Shown here piece after piece: positions 1 through 7,799 of a stretch of 32,000 nucleotides of DNA. This stretch comes from Hyperthermus butylicus DSM 5456. GTDB taxonomy: Archaea; Thermoproteota; Thermoprotei_A; Sulfolobales; Pyrodictiaceae. The stretch spans positions 450,001 to 482,000 of the forward strand of contig NC_008818.1 of NCBI RefSeq assembly GCF_000015145.1, given 5' to 3'. The notes under the pieces were generated by a model that did not search any database, was not told where the DNA came from, and saw only the letters and a list, made by a program, of their open reading frames with translations. Every line of letters begins with the position of its first letter. Position 1 is the stretch's first letter. The translations under genes were made by a program, and so were the position numbers.

Positions 1-1
1 C

Positions 2-1009
2 GCCCTTGGGAGCCCAACGGTTCTCCTCGAGAGGTATGAATACAGTACGCTACTAGACATGGTATTTACAGCAAGGTTTAGTCTACCAGTTACAAGGCCG
101 CTACACCTCTTCGGAGCAGGACACCCAATGATAATACCTTTCGCAGTCGCGCTGGGCGTAGACATGTTCGACTCAGCATCTTACATCCTCTACGCGAGGG
201 ATAACCGGTACATGACCCTAACAAAGACCTATCGGCTAGAAAACCTAGAGTATTTCCCCTGCAGCTGCCCTGTGTGCAGTAGGTATACACCACAAGAGTT
301 GAGAGAAATGCCGCGCGATGAGAGGGTAAAGTTGCTCGCCTTACACAACCTATACGTACTCCGACAAGCAATAAACGAGGTTAAGACGGCAATCCGTGAG
401 GGCAGGCTGTGGGAGCTGCTGGAGGAAAGGAGTAGAGCCCACCCATCCCTAGCAACAGCCTTCGCAAAATTCAGACAGTACATCGAGAAGATAGAGCAGC
501 TAGCACCACGTGTAAAGACAGGGTTTGTAAGAGGCCTACTCCTTTACGGTTCTGAAAGCCTCTACAACCCTAGAGTAGTAGCCTATAGGCGCAGCATAAG
601 AATAAACTACAAGCCGCGCATAAGGGGAGAGCTAAAGCTAATACCTGTATCACCGTTCGAGAAGCCATTCACGTCATCAAAGCTGTACCGCAGTATCAAA
701 AAAGGCAGACGAGACATCCACGTGGTAGGATACATGTTGTACCTCGGCCCTATACCAGAGGAGCTGGCTGAGACCTATCCTGGCTCACAGTTTGAGGTAA
801 ACCTAACACCATACTGGGAGGTTGTTGAAGAAACCGCAAGGAGCATAGCAGAGTACGTGGAGGCAAACAAGGCCAACTATACAAGCATAGAGATATACTA
901 CTGTCAGGGCGATGGGCTCAAGTGGAGTAGGCCCGTTGCGGAGAAAACAACGGAGCTACTAAGGAAAAGAGGTGTAGAAGTTAAGCTGGCTGAGCTTGGA
1001 GAGTGCTAA
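2..1009 (+). CDS. tgtA: archaeosine tRNA-guanine transglycosylase (ArcTGT), 5'-truncated by the window edge; no PUA domain in this polypeptide
   Basis: The frame is open from position 2; the listed ORF 59..1009 only begins at the first in-frame ATG. The translation carries TGT hallmarks HLFGAGHPM, FDSASYILYA, zinc motif CSCPVC and LALHNLY. Confidence 0.85.
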   Translation, partial: ALGSPTVLLERYEYSTLLDMVFTARFSLPVTRPLHLFGAGHPMIIPFAVALGVDMFDSASYILYARDNRYMTLTKTYRLENLEYFPCSCPVCSRYTPQELREMPRDERVKLLALHNLYVLRQAINEVKTAIREGRLWELLEERSRAHPSLATAFAKFRQYIEKIEQLAPRVKTGFVRGLLLYGSESLYNPRVVAYRRSIRINYKPRIRGELKLIPVSPFEKPFTSSKLYRSIKKGRRDIHVVGYMLYLGPIPEELAETYPGSQFEVNLTPYWEVVEETARSIAEYVEANKANYTSIEIYYCQGDGLKWSRPVAEKTTELLRKRGVEVKLAELGEC

Positions 1010-1014
1010 ACAGC

Positions 1015-1767
1015 TTACATGTAGGCACGCTCGCTGCTCGGTGGAATAAGCGCCTCTTTCTGCTGCTGCTCCATCAACACTATCATTTCCTCAATCTTGC
1101 GAGCCTCTTCTAGCAATTCATCAACACCTATGGAGAAGCCGTAGAGCTTGTTGATGACCTCAATAGCAGCCGCTGCCGCACGAGGGTCGGGGCGAGCCGT
1201 CTCTGTGTAGGGTAGCAGAGCTACAGCAGGATAGCCATAAACCTCGGCGTATAGTAGGAGGAGCGCTAGAGGACCAATAACGTAGAGGCCCTTATCCATC
1301 TTGGGGGCATCAAGACTTCTAGAATATGCTGCTGTTGCTACCCACCTAAACTTCTCATCGCCCTGCTTATACCTTGCATCAAATCCTCCTATGAGTACTG
1401 CCTCTGGGATATTCCTCTCCACCAGGAACCTTACTATAGCTTCAGCAAATCTTGCACGCTCATACACAACCGGTATATCATGGTTTACAAGAAGCAAAAT
1501 ACGGAAATCGTCACGAGGCATACACGAGTATAGGGTAAAGGGCGCAACTATACCGCTAGACCCTGGAGTTACAGCCTCCGGCATGTACTTTGTAAGCACA
1601 AAACCGGCCTTGCTACAGTTCGCCTTCTCAGCCAAGTGGAGTGTTGCTATATATCCTACAGCACCATATCCCTTAAATCCAGACACAAATAGACTTGCTC
1701 CCTCTAAGAGTGCCTCATCGTAAGCTATCCTTATCCCCTTATACTCAAACCTAGCCCTAAACGCCAA
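1015..1767 (-). CDS. PAC2-family proteasome assembly chaperone-like protein
   Basis: 250-aa ORF with a PAC2-like layout (FVSGFKGYGAVGYIATLHL ... ILLLVNHDIP ... AVLIGGFD). The C-terminus ends AYM, a hydrophobic-Tyr-X (HbYX)-type tail as used by archaeal PbaA/PbaB to dock on the 20S alpha ring. Confidence 0.6.
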   Translation of the reverse strand: MAFRARFEYKGIRIAYDEALLEGASLFVSGFKGYGAVGYIATLHLAEKANCSKAGFVLTKYMPEAVTPGSSGIVAPFTLYSCMPRDDFRILLLVNHDIPVVYERARFAEAIVRFLVERNIPEAVLIGGFDARYKQGDEKFRWVATAAYSRSLDAPKMDKGLYVIGPLALLLLYAEVYGYPAVALLPYTETARPDPRAAAAAIEVINKLYGFSIGVDELLEEARKIEEMIVLMEQQQKEALIPPSSERAYM

Positions 1768-1789
1768 GCCCGCATAACCCTAAGCTCAG

Positions 1790-2269
1790 CTAGGAATTAT
1801 CCCCCTTAACAGTTTTCCTAAGCCTAATAGCCTCACCCCAACACTCGTTCTCAAGTATTTCCGTCGGCGATAATCTTAGTCTGCCGACACCTACAAGCTC
1901 GCCACTAGAGTTTAACACGATAACCTCATCGCCGGGCCGGAGATCATGATCAATAGTTTCTATAATTCTACAATTAATGCTCTTGGAGGGAGGTGTTTCA
2001 ACACGAAGCCTTGCGCGGAGACGAGGCTCGGGAAGAGCTAGCAACCTCTTGGCGCCTAATAGCGAGAGAGAGTACAAGTAATCATGTGCACGGAGGACAG
2101 CCAGCAGCCCCTCCTCGCCGTAAATCTCCCTTATACGGCGCGTTGCAGGGGAAACACCTACAACCACATTATCCGGGATTAATAGGTCGCCTGCAGGAAA
2201 GCCAAACTGATAGTCTGCGATTGCTCTAAGCCTAACAACCTCTTCGGGCCGTGCACGCCTAATGATCAA
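1790..2269 (-). CDS. stand-alone PUA-domain RNA-binding protein (likely partner of the split ArcTGT)
   Basis: 159-aa ORF with a TTG start. The C-terminal part (GDEVIVLNSSGELVGVGRLRLS) is a typical PUA motif. It lies 22 nt upstream of the PAC2 gene on the same strand and next to tgtA. Confidence 0.6.
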   Translation of the reverse strand: MIIRRARPEEVVRLRAIADYQFGFPAGDLLIPDNVVVGVSPATRRIREIYGEEGLLAVLRAHDYLYSLSLLGAKRLLALPEPRLRARLRVETPPSKSINCRIIETIDHDLRPGDEVIVLNSSGELVGVGRLRLSPTEILENECWGEAIRLRKTVKGDNS

Positions 2270-2352
2270 GGCCCTAACAGCCCCCGATGCAGGTGAAAAA
2301 GAGGCGACTCTATGTAAATAACGGCACGCCTACTATGACCGAGCAAGCAATA

Positions 2353-2715
2353 CTACTTTTTCACAACACCTATTGTGAGGCCAATGACGAAGCCTAGTAG
2401 TGTTGGACCGATAGCCATGAACCCGAATACTTGTGCCAGCTTGTAAATAACATCCTTTACCTCACCTAGCACCTTGAGCCTCTCAAGTGCATCCTCAATG
2501 CTTCCCGCAGTACCCCATAAACCGAGAATAGCGCCAACAAGGAATACACCTATAAGGCCTAGAACATAACGTGCTATCTTGGCTGTAAAGTAGCCAGCTA
2601 TAAGGCCTAGTATGAACTGTATCGCCATAATCGTTAGCAGCTGCGGGTTCTCACGAGTGAGCTCATATATGTTAATAATAGTTGTATTTATCTCTTCTAC
2701 CATAATTGCACCCAC
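2353..2715 (-). CDS. small integral membrane protein, function unknown
   Basis: 120-aa ORF with three clearly hydrophobic segments (LLTIMAIQFILGLIAGYF, VLGLIGVFLVGAILGLWG, FGFMAIGPTLLGFVIGLTIGV). No family recognised. Confidence 0.5.
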   Translation of the reverse strand: MGAIMVEEINTTIINIYELTRENPQLLTIMAIQFILGLIAGYFTAKIARYVLGLIGVFLVGAILGLWGTAGSIEDALERLKVLGEVKDVIYKLAQVFGFMAIGPTLLGFVIGLTIGVVKK

Positions 2716-2830
2716 AGTTAGTCCTGGAAATTCTCCCTCTAAAAAGCTAGCTGGAAACCAAAAGCGCGAGGTAGCAAATACTATAAACCTCCACTCGTAG
2801 ATTAAACCACAATAACAACGTGGATGAGGT

Positions 2831-2943
2831 GGGCCCGTCGTCTAGCTTGGTAGGATGCGGGGTACACAGCTCCCGCCAGGGCGCGGGGCTGTGCCCGACT
2901 CGGGACCCCGTGGTCCCGGGTTCAAATCCCGGCGGGCCCACCA
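2831..2943 (+). tRNA. tRNA-Pro (anticodon CGG) with a 36-nt intron (about 2864-2899) at non-canonical position 32/33; CCA encoded
   Basis: Cloverleaf read by eye. Acceptor GGGCCCG 2831-2837 pairs with CGGGCCC 2933-2939, discriminator A2940, CCA 2941-2943. D arm is GTCT/GGAT. Anticodon stem CGGGG 2858-2862 pairs with CCCCG 2906-2910. T arm is CCGGG-TTCAAAT-CCCGG. 43 nt separate the anticodon-stem strands. A BHB-like fold has a 4-bp helix CGGG 2858-2861 / CCCG 2894-2897 flanked by 3-nt bulges GTA 2862-2864 and ACT 2898-2900. Splicing there gives loop TTCGGGA (U33, CGG, G37). Confidence 0.75.
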
Positions 2944-2982
2944 CTACTCAACCCATCCCAGACAAATACCGTGTTTTTCTGC

Positions 2983-4266
2983 CTAGACTTCTAGCGTATA
3001 CTCCCTATTGTTTTCGGCTACGATAACTTCTTCTGGAATGCCAGTACTGCGTAGTAGCTCTGCATATTTTACAGCTACATCGGCTTCGCTGTGGACTACT
3101 ACTATGTAGCGTGGCTTTGTCGTCCTTACGACATCTAAGAGACCGTTGCGGTCGGCATGACTGCTAAAATCTAGCCATTCAACTCTAGCTCTTACGGGTT
3201 CCTCTGTATCTGGCATTAGACCCTCTTCGAGAATGCGTCTACCGTTGGAGCCTGGTGCCTGGAAGCTGACTAGTATGATTGCGTTTCGCGGATTTGACCC
3301 AAGCCTCTTTAGGTAGTATAGGCTTGGGCCTCCCTTGAGCATGCCTGCCGAGGCTATTATTACTGCTGGCTCACGCCACGCCTTGTTTCGATCGCGCCAG
3401 CCCCGCACAATGTTAAACTCCTCGTAGGCTTTCCTCAGCAGGTTAACGTTGTTTATGTACTCGGGATTTTCGAGGAATATCTCAGTTATCTGCCTAATCA
3501 TACCATCGACGTAGACAGGCACACCCGGATCGTGCTCGGCTAGTATCATCATTATCTCTTGGCCACGCGCAATGCTGAAGGCCGGGATTAGCACTGTACC
3601 CTTCCTGTCGATCGTCTCCTCGATTATTGAGAGTAGCCTCTTCTCAGCGTTGGCTCTTGGTGGATGAAGGCTGCTACCGTAGGTCGCCTCTGTTACCAGT
3701 ATGTCGAGGCTGCCGATTATGTGATGGTTTGCTGGCTTCATAAGCTTGGTCTCTATCGTATTTATGTCGCCTGTGAAGCCCATCCTTGTACCGTCAATAT
3801 CTAGTACTGTAAATGTGCTACCTGGGACGTGTCCTGCCGAGTAAAAGGTTGCCTCAACACCATCTATGTCTATGCGTTGGCCATAGTGAATCTTTTCTCC
3901 AGCCTCGAGCAACAGCTTTACCTCATAGTGCTCGTATGGTGAATAGTATCCGTTGAGCTTTAGGAAGTCCTCAAGCATTAGCTTTGCCATTTCGAGTGTT
4001 GGCTTTGTAGCATAGACTCTTGGTCTACCAGAGATAAAGTACATTGGTGCTGTGCCTATGTGGTCCAGATGTGCATGACTAAGTATCATCGCCTTAACAT
4101 ACTTTGGTGGGTATGTTGCCGCAAATACCGGCCTGTCTTCCTCATCAAAGTTTACGCCAGCATCTAGCAGTATACCATCACGCTCCTCCGGCCTAACCCT
4201 AACTAGCACTGAGAGTCTGCCTACCTCTCCTCCACCACCCAATATGCGGAGAGCTATCTTAGCCAC
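2983..4266 (-). CDS. metallo-beta-lactamase / beta-CASP ribonuclease (aCPSF2-like, no KH domains)
   Basis: 427-aa ORF with a GTG start. Motifs seen: ILSHAHLDHIG (HxHxDH), TEATYG, FSSHAD, VVVHSE. Order and spacing are typical of beta-CASP RNases. Confidence 0.85.
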   Translation of the reverse strand: MAKIALRILGGGGEVGRLSVLVRVRPEERDGILLDAGVNFDEEDRPVFAATYPPKYVKAMILSHAHLDHIGTAPMYFISGRPRVYATKPTLEMAKLMLEDFLKLNGYYSPYEHYEVKLLLEAGEKIHYGQRIDIDGVEATFYSAGHVPGSTFTVLDIDGTRMGFTGDINTIETKLMKPANHHIIGSLDILVTEATYGSSLHPPRANAEKRLLSIIEETIDRKGTVLIPAFSIARGQEIMMILAEHDPGVPVYVDGMIRQITEIFLENPEYINNVNLLRKAYEEFNIVRGWRDRNKAWREPAVIIASAGMLKGGPSLYYLKRLGSNPRNAIILVSFQAPGSNGRRILEEGLMPDTEEPVRARVEWLDFSSHADRNGLLDVVRTTKPRYIVVVHSEADVAVKYAELLRSTGIPEEVIVAENNREYTLEV

Positions 4267-4356
4267 GACATAGACTCACCTCTGCAACCTACGTCGCGTA
4301 GTGCACATATTGCATGAATGGTGGCTGTCCCGCTCTAAACTCCAAAACCAAACAAC

Positions 4357-4367
4357 CTATTATATAC
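4357..4367 (+). promoter_or_regulatory. TATA-like box upstream of the NAC gene
   Basis: CTATTATATAC lies about 45 nt upstream of the TTG start at 4408. GGGGAGGAT (SD-like) lies 8-15 nt upstream of that start. Confidence 0.4.
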
Positions 4368-4407
4368 TGTTAAGCCCTCATTGAATTGACCGGGGAGGAT
4401 AGGGGCC

Positions 4408-4788
4408 TTGTTTAGACTAAACCCGGCCGATATACGTAGGCAGTTTAAGAGGTTGGGCATTAAGGCTGATGTAGATGTCGTTGAAGCTGAGGAAGTCATA
4501 GTTAGGAAGACTGATGGCAAAACCCTGGTGCTTGCTAACCCGCAAGTGTTGCTTGTGAAGATGCAGGGCGGCATGGTTATGCTGCAAGCTGTCTCTAATA
4601 GCGTCGAGGAAGTTGAGGCGATAGGTGAAAAGGCCCCAGAGATTAGCGAAGAGGATGTAAGGCTTGTCGCTGAACAAGCAGGCGTCAGCCTTGAGGAGGC
4701 TAGGAGAGCACTTGAGGAGGTTGGTGGCGATATAGCAGCTGCTATCCTACTCCTTGAGGAGAGGAAGAAAGCTTCTGGAGCCTCTTAA
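4408..4788 (+). CDS. nac: nascent polypeptide-associated complex protein (NAC domain + C-terminal UBA)
   Basis: 126-aa ORF with a TTG start. N-terminus MFRLNPADIRRQFKRLGIK, a NAC beta-barrel region, and a UBA-like tail VSLEEARRALEEVGGDIAAAILLL. Confidence 0.85.
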   Translation: MFRLNPADIRRQFKRLGIKADVDVVEAEEVIVRKTDGKTLVLANPQVLLVKMQGGMVMLQAVSNSVEEVEAIGEKAPEISEEDVRLVAEQAGVSLEEARRALEEVGGDIAAAILLLEERKKASGAS

Positions 4789-5494
4789 CCAGCTCCTCTA
4801 CAGAGCTGCACATGCTAAGCACCACCGGTACATTCTCGCTCTCAGCTATCCAGATCGCAAGCGGGTCAAGCCTCTTTGGGCCATGGAGTACTATTGCTGC
4901 AGGCTTTATTGTTGAAACCCTAAGTGCTATCATCGGGCTACGTCCCGTGGTAACTTTTGTGAACACGACAACACGCTGTGTCGTAGAGCCTAGCAAGTAT
5001 AGGAACTCATTACCGGAAAGCATCATTATCGCGCGCACACTATCGATTACGGTATAGCCGTAGAGTAGCTCCTGGGGGATGTAGGAGTTAACGGGTACAC
5101 CCTGCACTGCATTTATAACAGCATCTAATGGTATACCGGCCTCGAAGTCTCTCATGTCTATGACTGCGCCAAGATAGTGGAGCTGTAGTATCCTGGCAAG
5201 CCGTCGTGTAACCGGGCTTCCCCGTTCACTATCAATCTCAAGGAGCGCCTCAACAAACCTCTTAACGAACAACGAACCGGGCTGGCGACGCCCCTTCTCA
5301 TAGTCGCTAATAACGCTTGATGTGACACCCATGTGTCGTGCAACTTCCACCTGGCTAGCTGCAAATATTTCACGCCACTTACGCAGCGCCAGGCCAGGCT
5401 TATCACTCATAACAATATCGCCAGCAATGTGTTGCGCAATACGCCTCAGAACAATCCTCGAAGGCCACAAAACATCATCAACGCTCGACAGCAA
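4742..5494 (-). CDS. XRE-family helix-turn-helix transcriptional regulator with a C-terminal domain of unknown function
   Basis: 250-aa ORF. HTH segment ASQVEVARHMGVTSSVISDYEKGRRQP. Its 3' end overlaps the convergent NAC gene by 47 nt. Confidence 0.7.
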   Translation of the reverse strand: MLSSVDDVLWPSRIVLRRIAQHIAGDIVMSDKPGLALRKWREIFAASQVEVARHMGVTSSVISDYEKGRRQPGSLFVKRFVEALLEIDSERGSPVTRRLARILQLHYLGAVIDMRDFEAGIPLDAVINAVQGVPVNSYIPQELLYGYTVIDSVRAIMMLSGNEFLYLLGSTTQRVVVFTKVTTGRSPMIALRVSTIKPAAIVLHGPKRLDPLAIWIAESENVPVVLSMCSSVEELVKRLQKLSSSPQGVG

Positions 5495-5559
5495 ACCACC
5501 ACGCCACGGAGAAAAGATTTAAACCGACCACCTAATCTATCTTCACACTCATGGCAGGT

Positions 5560-5647
5560 GCCGGGGTCGCCTAGCCTGGTAGGGCGCCGGCCTGCTAAGC
5601 CGGTGGGGGTCCACCCCGCGCGGGTTCAAATCCCGCCCCCGGCGCCA
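5560..5647 (+). tRNA. tRNA-Ser (anticodon GCU), class II long variable arm, CCA encoded
   Basis: Acceptor GCCGGGG pairs with CCCCGGC, discriminator G5644. Anticodon stem CCGGC/GCCGG with loop CTGCTAA (GCT at 5594-5596). 16-nt variable arm with a GGGG/CCCC stem. T arm GCGGG-TTCAAAT-CCCGC. Confidence 0.9.
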
Positions 5648-6054
5648 CACCTCCTAACCATATCTCCCACTAAGTTATAGCTCAACTCGCCCCATTCTTC
5701 ATCATCTAATGGTGTACGACACCTTGGTTTAACAAGGCTGAAGACGAGTTTTAGTCTTAAACGATCATTTCCGTGCTGGGCTTAGCTTGCTGTACTGTGA
5801 TGCTTGCGCCAGAGTACCTAACCTGATACCCAGTACTAGGTACATACTACTGAGATGTAGGGAACCAATACTATGAGAGGGAAGTAACAGCAAATGCTCA
5901 AACTCATAGATGAAAGGGTAGAGATTGTCGTAGGACCTAGTCCGGGTCCAAATGCATACACGACATTACAACAAGCAGAAGTGAAGATGGCTTTGATAAT
6001 TGGTCTAGCTGTGCGTAGTGTCTTGAGATGAGTTCTACAAGAGCTGAAATCTGG

Positions 6055-6405
6055 TTAGCCTTCCTCTTCTCCAAGGATGTGTTTACAGTCTAGCCTAGAT
6101 ACTTTATCAATATCAATAACCATGTATGGCTCCCCGTCAAGTTCTCTGAATTCCTCAATGCCTATCTCTTTGAGCCTCTCTAGACAGTCTTCGCAGTTGA
6201 GGATCTCCGACACTATGTCCATGAACTTGAGGAAGCCTGTCTCCTCAGCCTCGTGGCGACGCCACAACCCGTAGAGTGATACAAGGAGCTTCTCCTGCCC
6301 CGCAGCCCGGGCCATACCTAGAACCATCTCTCCGCGATCCCGGAGATACCTGCATAGCGTTAGGAGAAACGCCTCTACCGGATCCATTCGCTGCCAGCCG
6401 GTCAT
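6055..6405 (-). CDS. hypothetical protein, last gene of the fap7-translin operon
   Basis: 116-aa ORF. Its ATG overlaps the translin-like stop by 1 nt (TAATG). No family recognised. Confidence 0.5.
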   Translation of the reverse strand: MTGWQRMDPVEAFLLTLCRYLRDRGEMVLGMARAAGQEKLLVSLYGLWRRHEAEETGFLKFMDIVSEILNCEDCLERLKEIGIEEFRELDGEPYMVIDIDKVSRLDCKHILGEEEG

Positions 6406-7049
6406 TATGATGCACCGTAGCCCGTTCTAGCCCTCACACTGAGGAGGAGGGATTTCGTGTCATCTATTAGGCGACGCGCCACATCAACCTTGTGTCTGAC
6501 TCCAGGTAGCAGGGCATCAGGATACTCTAGTGCACGCATTTCATAGTACATAGCCTCCATGAGGTCTAGTACTTTCTCTGCTTCGTTGAGTCTTCCGAGC
6601 CTCATGTAGTCTAGTGCTAGCCTCCTAAGCTCCCCAAGCACATCCCCCACACCCTGGAGGTACGGTACCTCGGGTACACTAAGCTCCCTATGGCTAGGTA
6701 TGACCCCCTCAACGACTACCGAGTAGAATACCTTGGCCTCGACATACTCGGACAATACATTGTACACAAAGCCGCTCTCAGCCAGGAAACTGTCAGACTT
6801 AGCCATCTCCCTAAACCTTGAAACTATCGAGTCCATCTCCTCAATATACTTCCTAGCTTCCTCGACTCGGCCCCGGTGCAGAGCGTTAATCGCCCAGCCG
6901 GAGAGTTTGATCACATCCCGGCCAAGCTTTATCAGCGAGTCCCTCAGCTCCTCACGTCTAGAAAGCACTGTATTGATTTCTGATAGTATAGCCCTAAACT
7001 TCTCAGCCAGTCTCTGCGGGTCAAAGTTTGCAAGCTCCGGCACACTCAC
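6405..7049 (-). CDS. translin-family nucleic-acid-binding protein
   Basis: 214-aa all-helical ORF with the translin/TRAX-type segment YLQGVGDVLGELRRLALDY. Its GTG start overlaps the upstream stop (GTGA). Confidence 0.6.
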   Translation of the reverse strand: MSVPELANFDPQRLAEKFRAILSEINTVLSRREELRDSLIKLGRDVIKLSGWAINALHRGRVEEARKYIEEMDSIVSRFREMAKSDSFLAESGFVYNVLSEYVEAKVFYSVVVEGVIPSHRELSVPEVPYLQGVGDVLGELRRLALDYMRLGRLNEAEKVLDLMEAMYYEMRALEYPDALLPGVRHKVDVARRLIDDTKSLLLSVRARTGYGAS

Positions 7050-7648
7050 CGGCTACCCACCTCTCCTCCTAGTTCCTCTAGACTGGAAATAAGCCTGCTA
7101 AGCTCTTCCTCACGGAGCACACTTAGCCAGTCGATACAGCACCTTGTTTTCCTCAACCTAATGGCTTCAAGCACCTCCAACGCCAGCTTATCTGGCGTTG
7201 TATTAGAGGTTACAACCTCGAATACCGGGATGCCCTTGTCTAGTAGGCTACGTGCCTCTGAAGCTATAACCCCTACAAGCTCCGCCTCAACATTCTCAAT
7301 TATCTTTCTTGCTGGCCAACCTCTACGCTTAAGCCTTTCAAGGAGTATGAGCGGGTTACACCTAACAACAACAATAAACTCTACATGCTCTCTTCCCAGC
7401 TCCTCGAAAGGCTCTAGCCAGTGAGTCTCAACAATATAGCCTCTGAGCCCTGTAAGCAGCTTCAGCAAACCCTCATAGTCTATTACGAAGCTCCTACGCT
7501 GAGCATCATACTCAACCCATAACCCATTATACAATACAAGCCATGAGATAGTTGTGAATCTTAGCTTGAGGAGTCTAGCAAGCCTGGACCCTAAAACACT
7601 CTTACCAGCGCCAGGTGTGCCAGCGATAACGAGTAGCCCACGCTCCAA
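7046..7648 (-). CDS. Fap7 / adenylate kinase isoenzyme 6-like P-loop NTPase (small-subunit ribosome maturation factor family)
   Basis: 200-aa ORF with an N-terminal Walker A LLVIAGTPGAGKSVLG. Size and layout resemble archaeal Fap7/AK6. Confidence 0.65.
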   Translation of the reverse strand: MERGLLVIAGTPGAGKSVLGSRLARLLKLRFTTISWLVLYNGLWVEYDAQRRSFVIDYEGLLKLLTGLRGYIVETHWLEPFEELGREHVEFIVVVRCNPLILLERLKRRGWPARKIIENVEAELVGVIASEARSLLDKGIPVFEVVTSNTTPDKLALEVLEAIRLRKTRCCIDWLSVLREEELSRLISSLEELGGEVGSR

Positions 7649-7784
7649 CTCTGCTACTACACCGTTAAAGAGTCCTAAGCCTCTCCTACAGCTTAAAAAC
7701 AGAAAAGCAGAGCCTCGCCAAGGAAAGACAAGGTATGTAGAAGCTAATGAGAATGAGGGGCTAGAGCTGACCTTACACCTGGTT

Positions 7785-7789
7785 AAAAA
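7785..7789 (-). terminator. oligo-T (T5 on the minus strand) just downstream of the thermosome stop
   Basis: Plus-strand AAAAA lies 11-15 nt beyond the stop codon at 7800-7802. Archaeal termination typically uses T-runs. Confidence 0.35.
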
Positions 7790-7799
7790 GGCTGGGTGG

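Noticed and set aside
2863-2905. Alternative reading of the tRNA as Val(CAC) with a canonical 37/38 intron
   Set aside because: It would place A at the invariant U33 position, and I could not draw a BHB motif for those junctions. The 32/33 junction gives U33, G37 and a 4-bp helix with two 3-nt bulges.
5676-5687. Recurring word TAGCTCAACT (TATAGCTCAACT at 5676-5687 and 14377-14388; TAGCTCAACT at 16255-16264), all plus strand and in or near non-coding DNA
   Set aside because: A rough estimate gives about 5 different 10-mers occurring three or more times by chance in 32 kb. There is no consistent distance to starts or TATA boxes, so this is a post-hoc pattern only.
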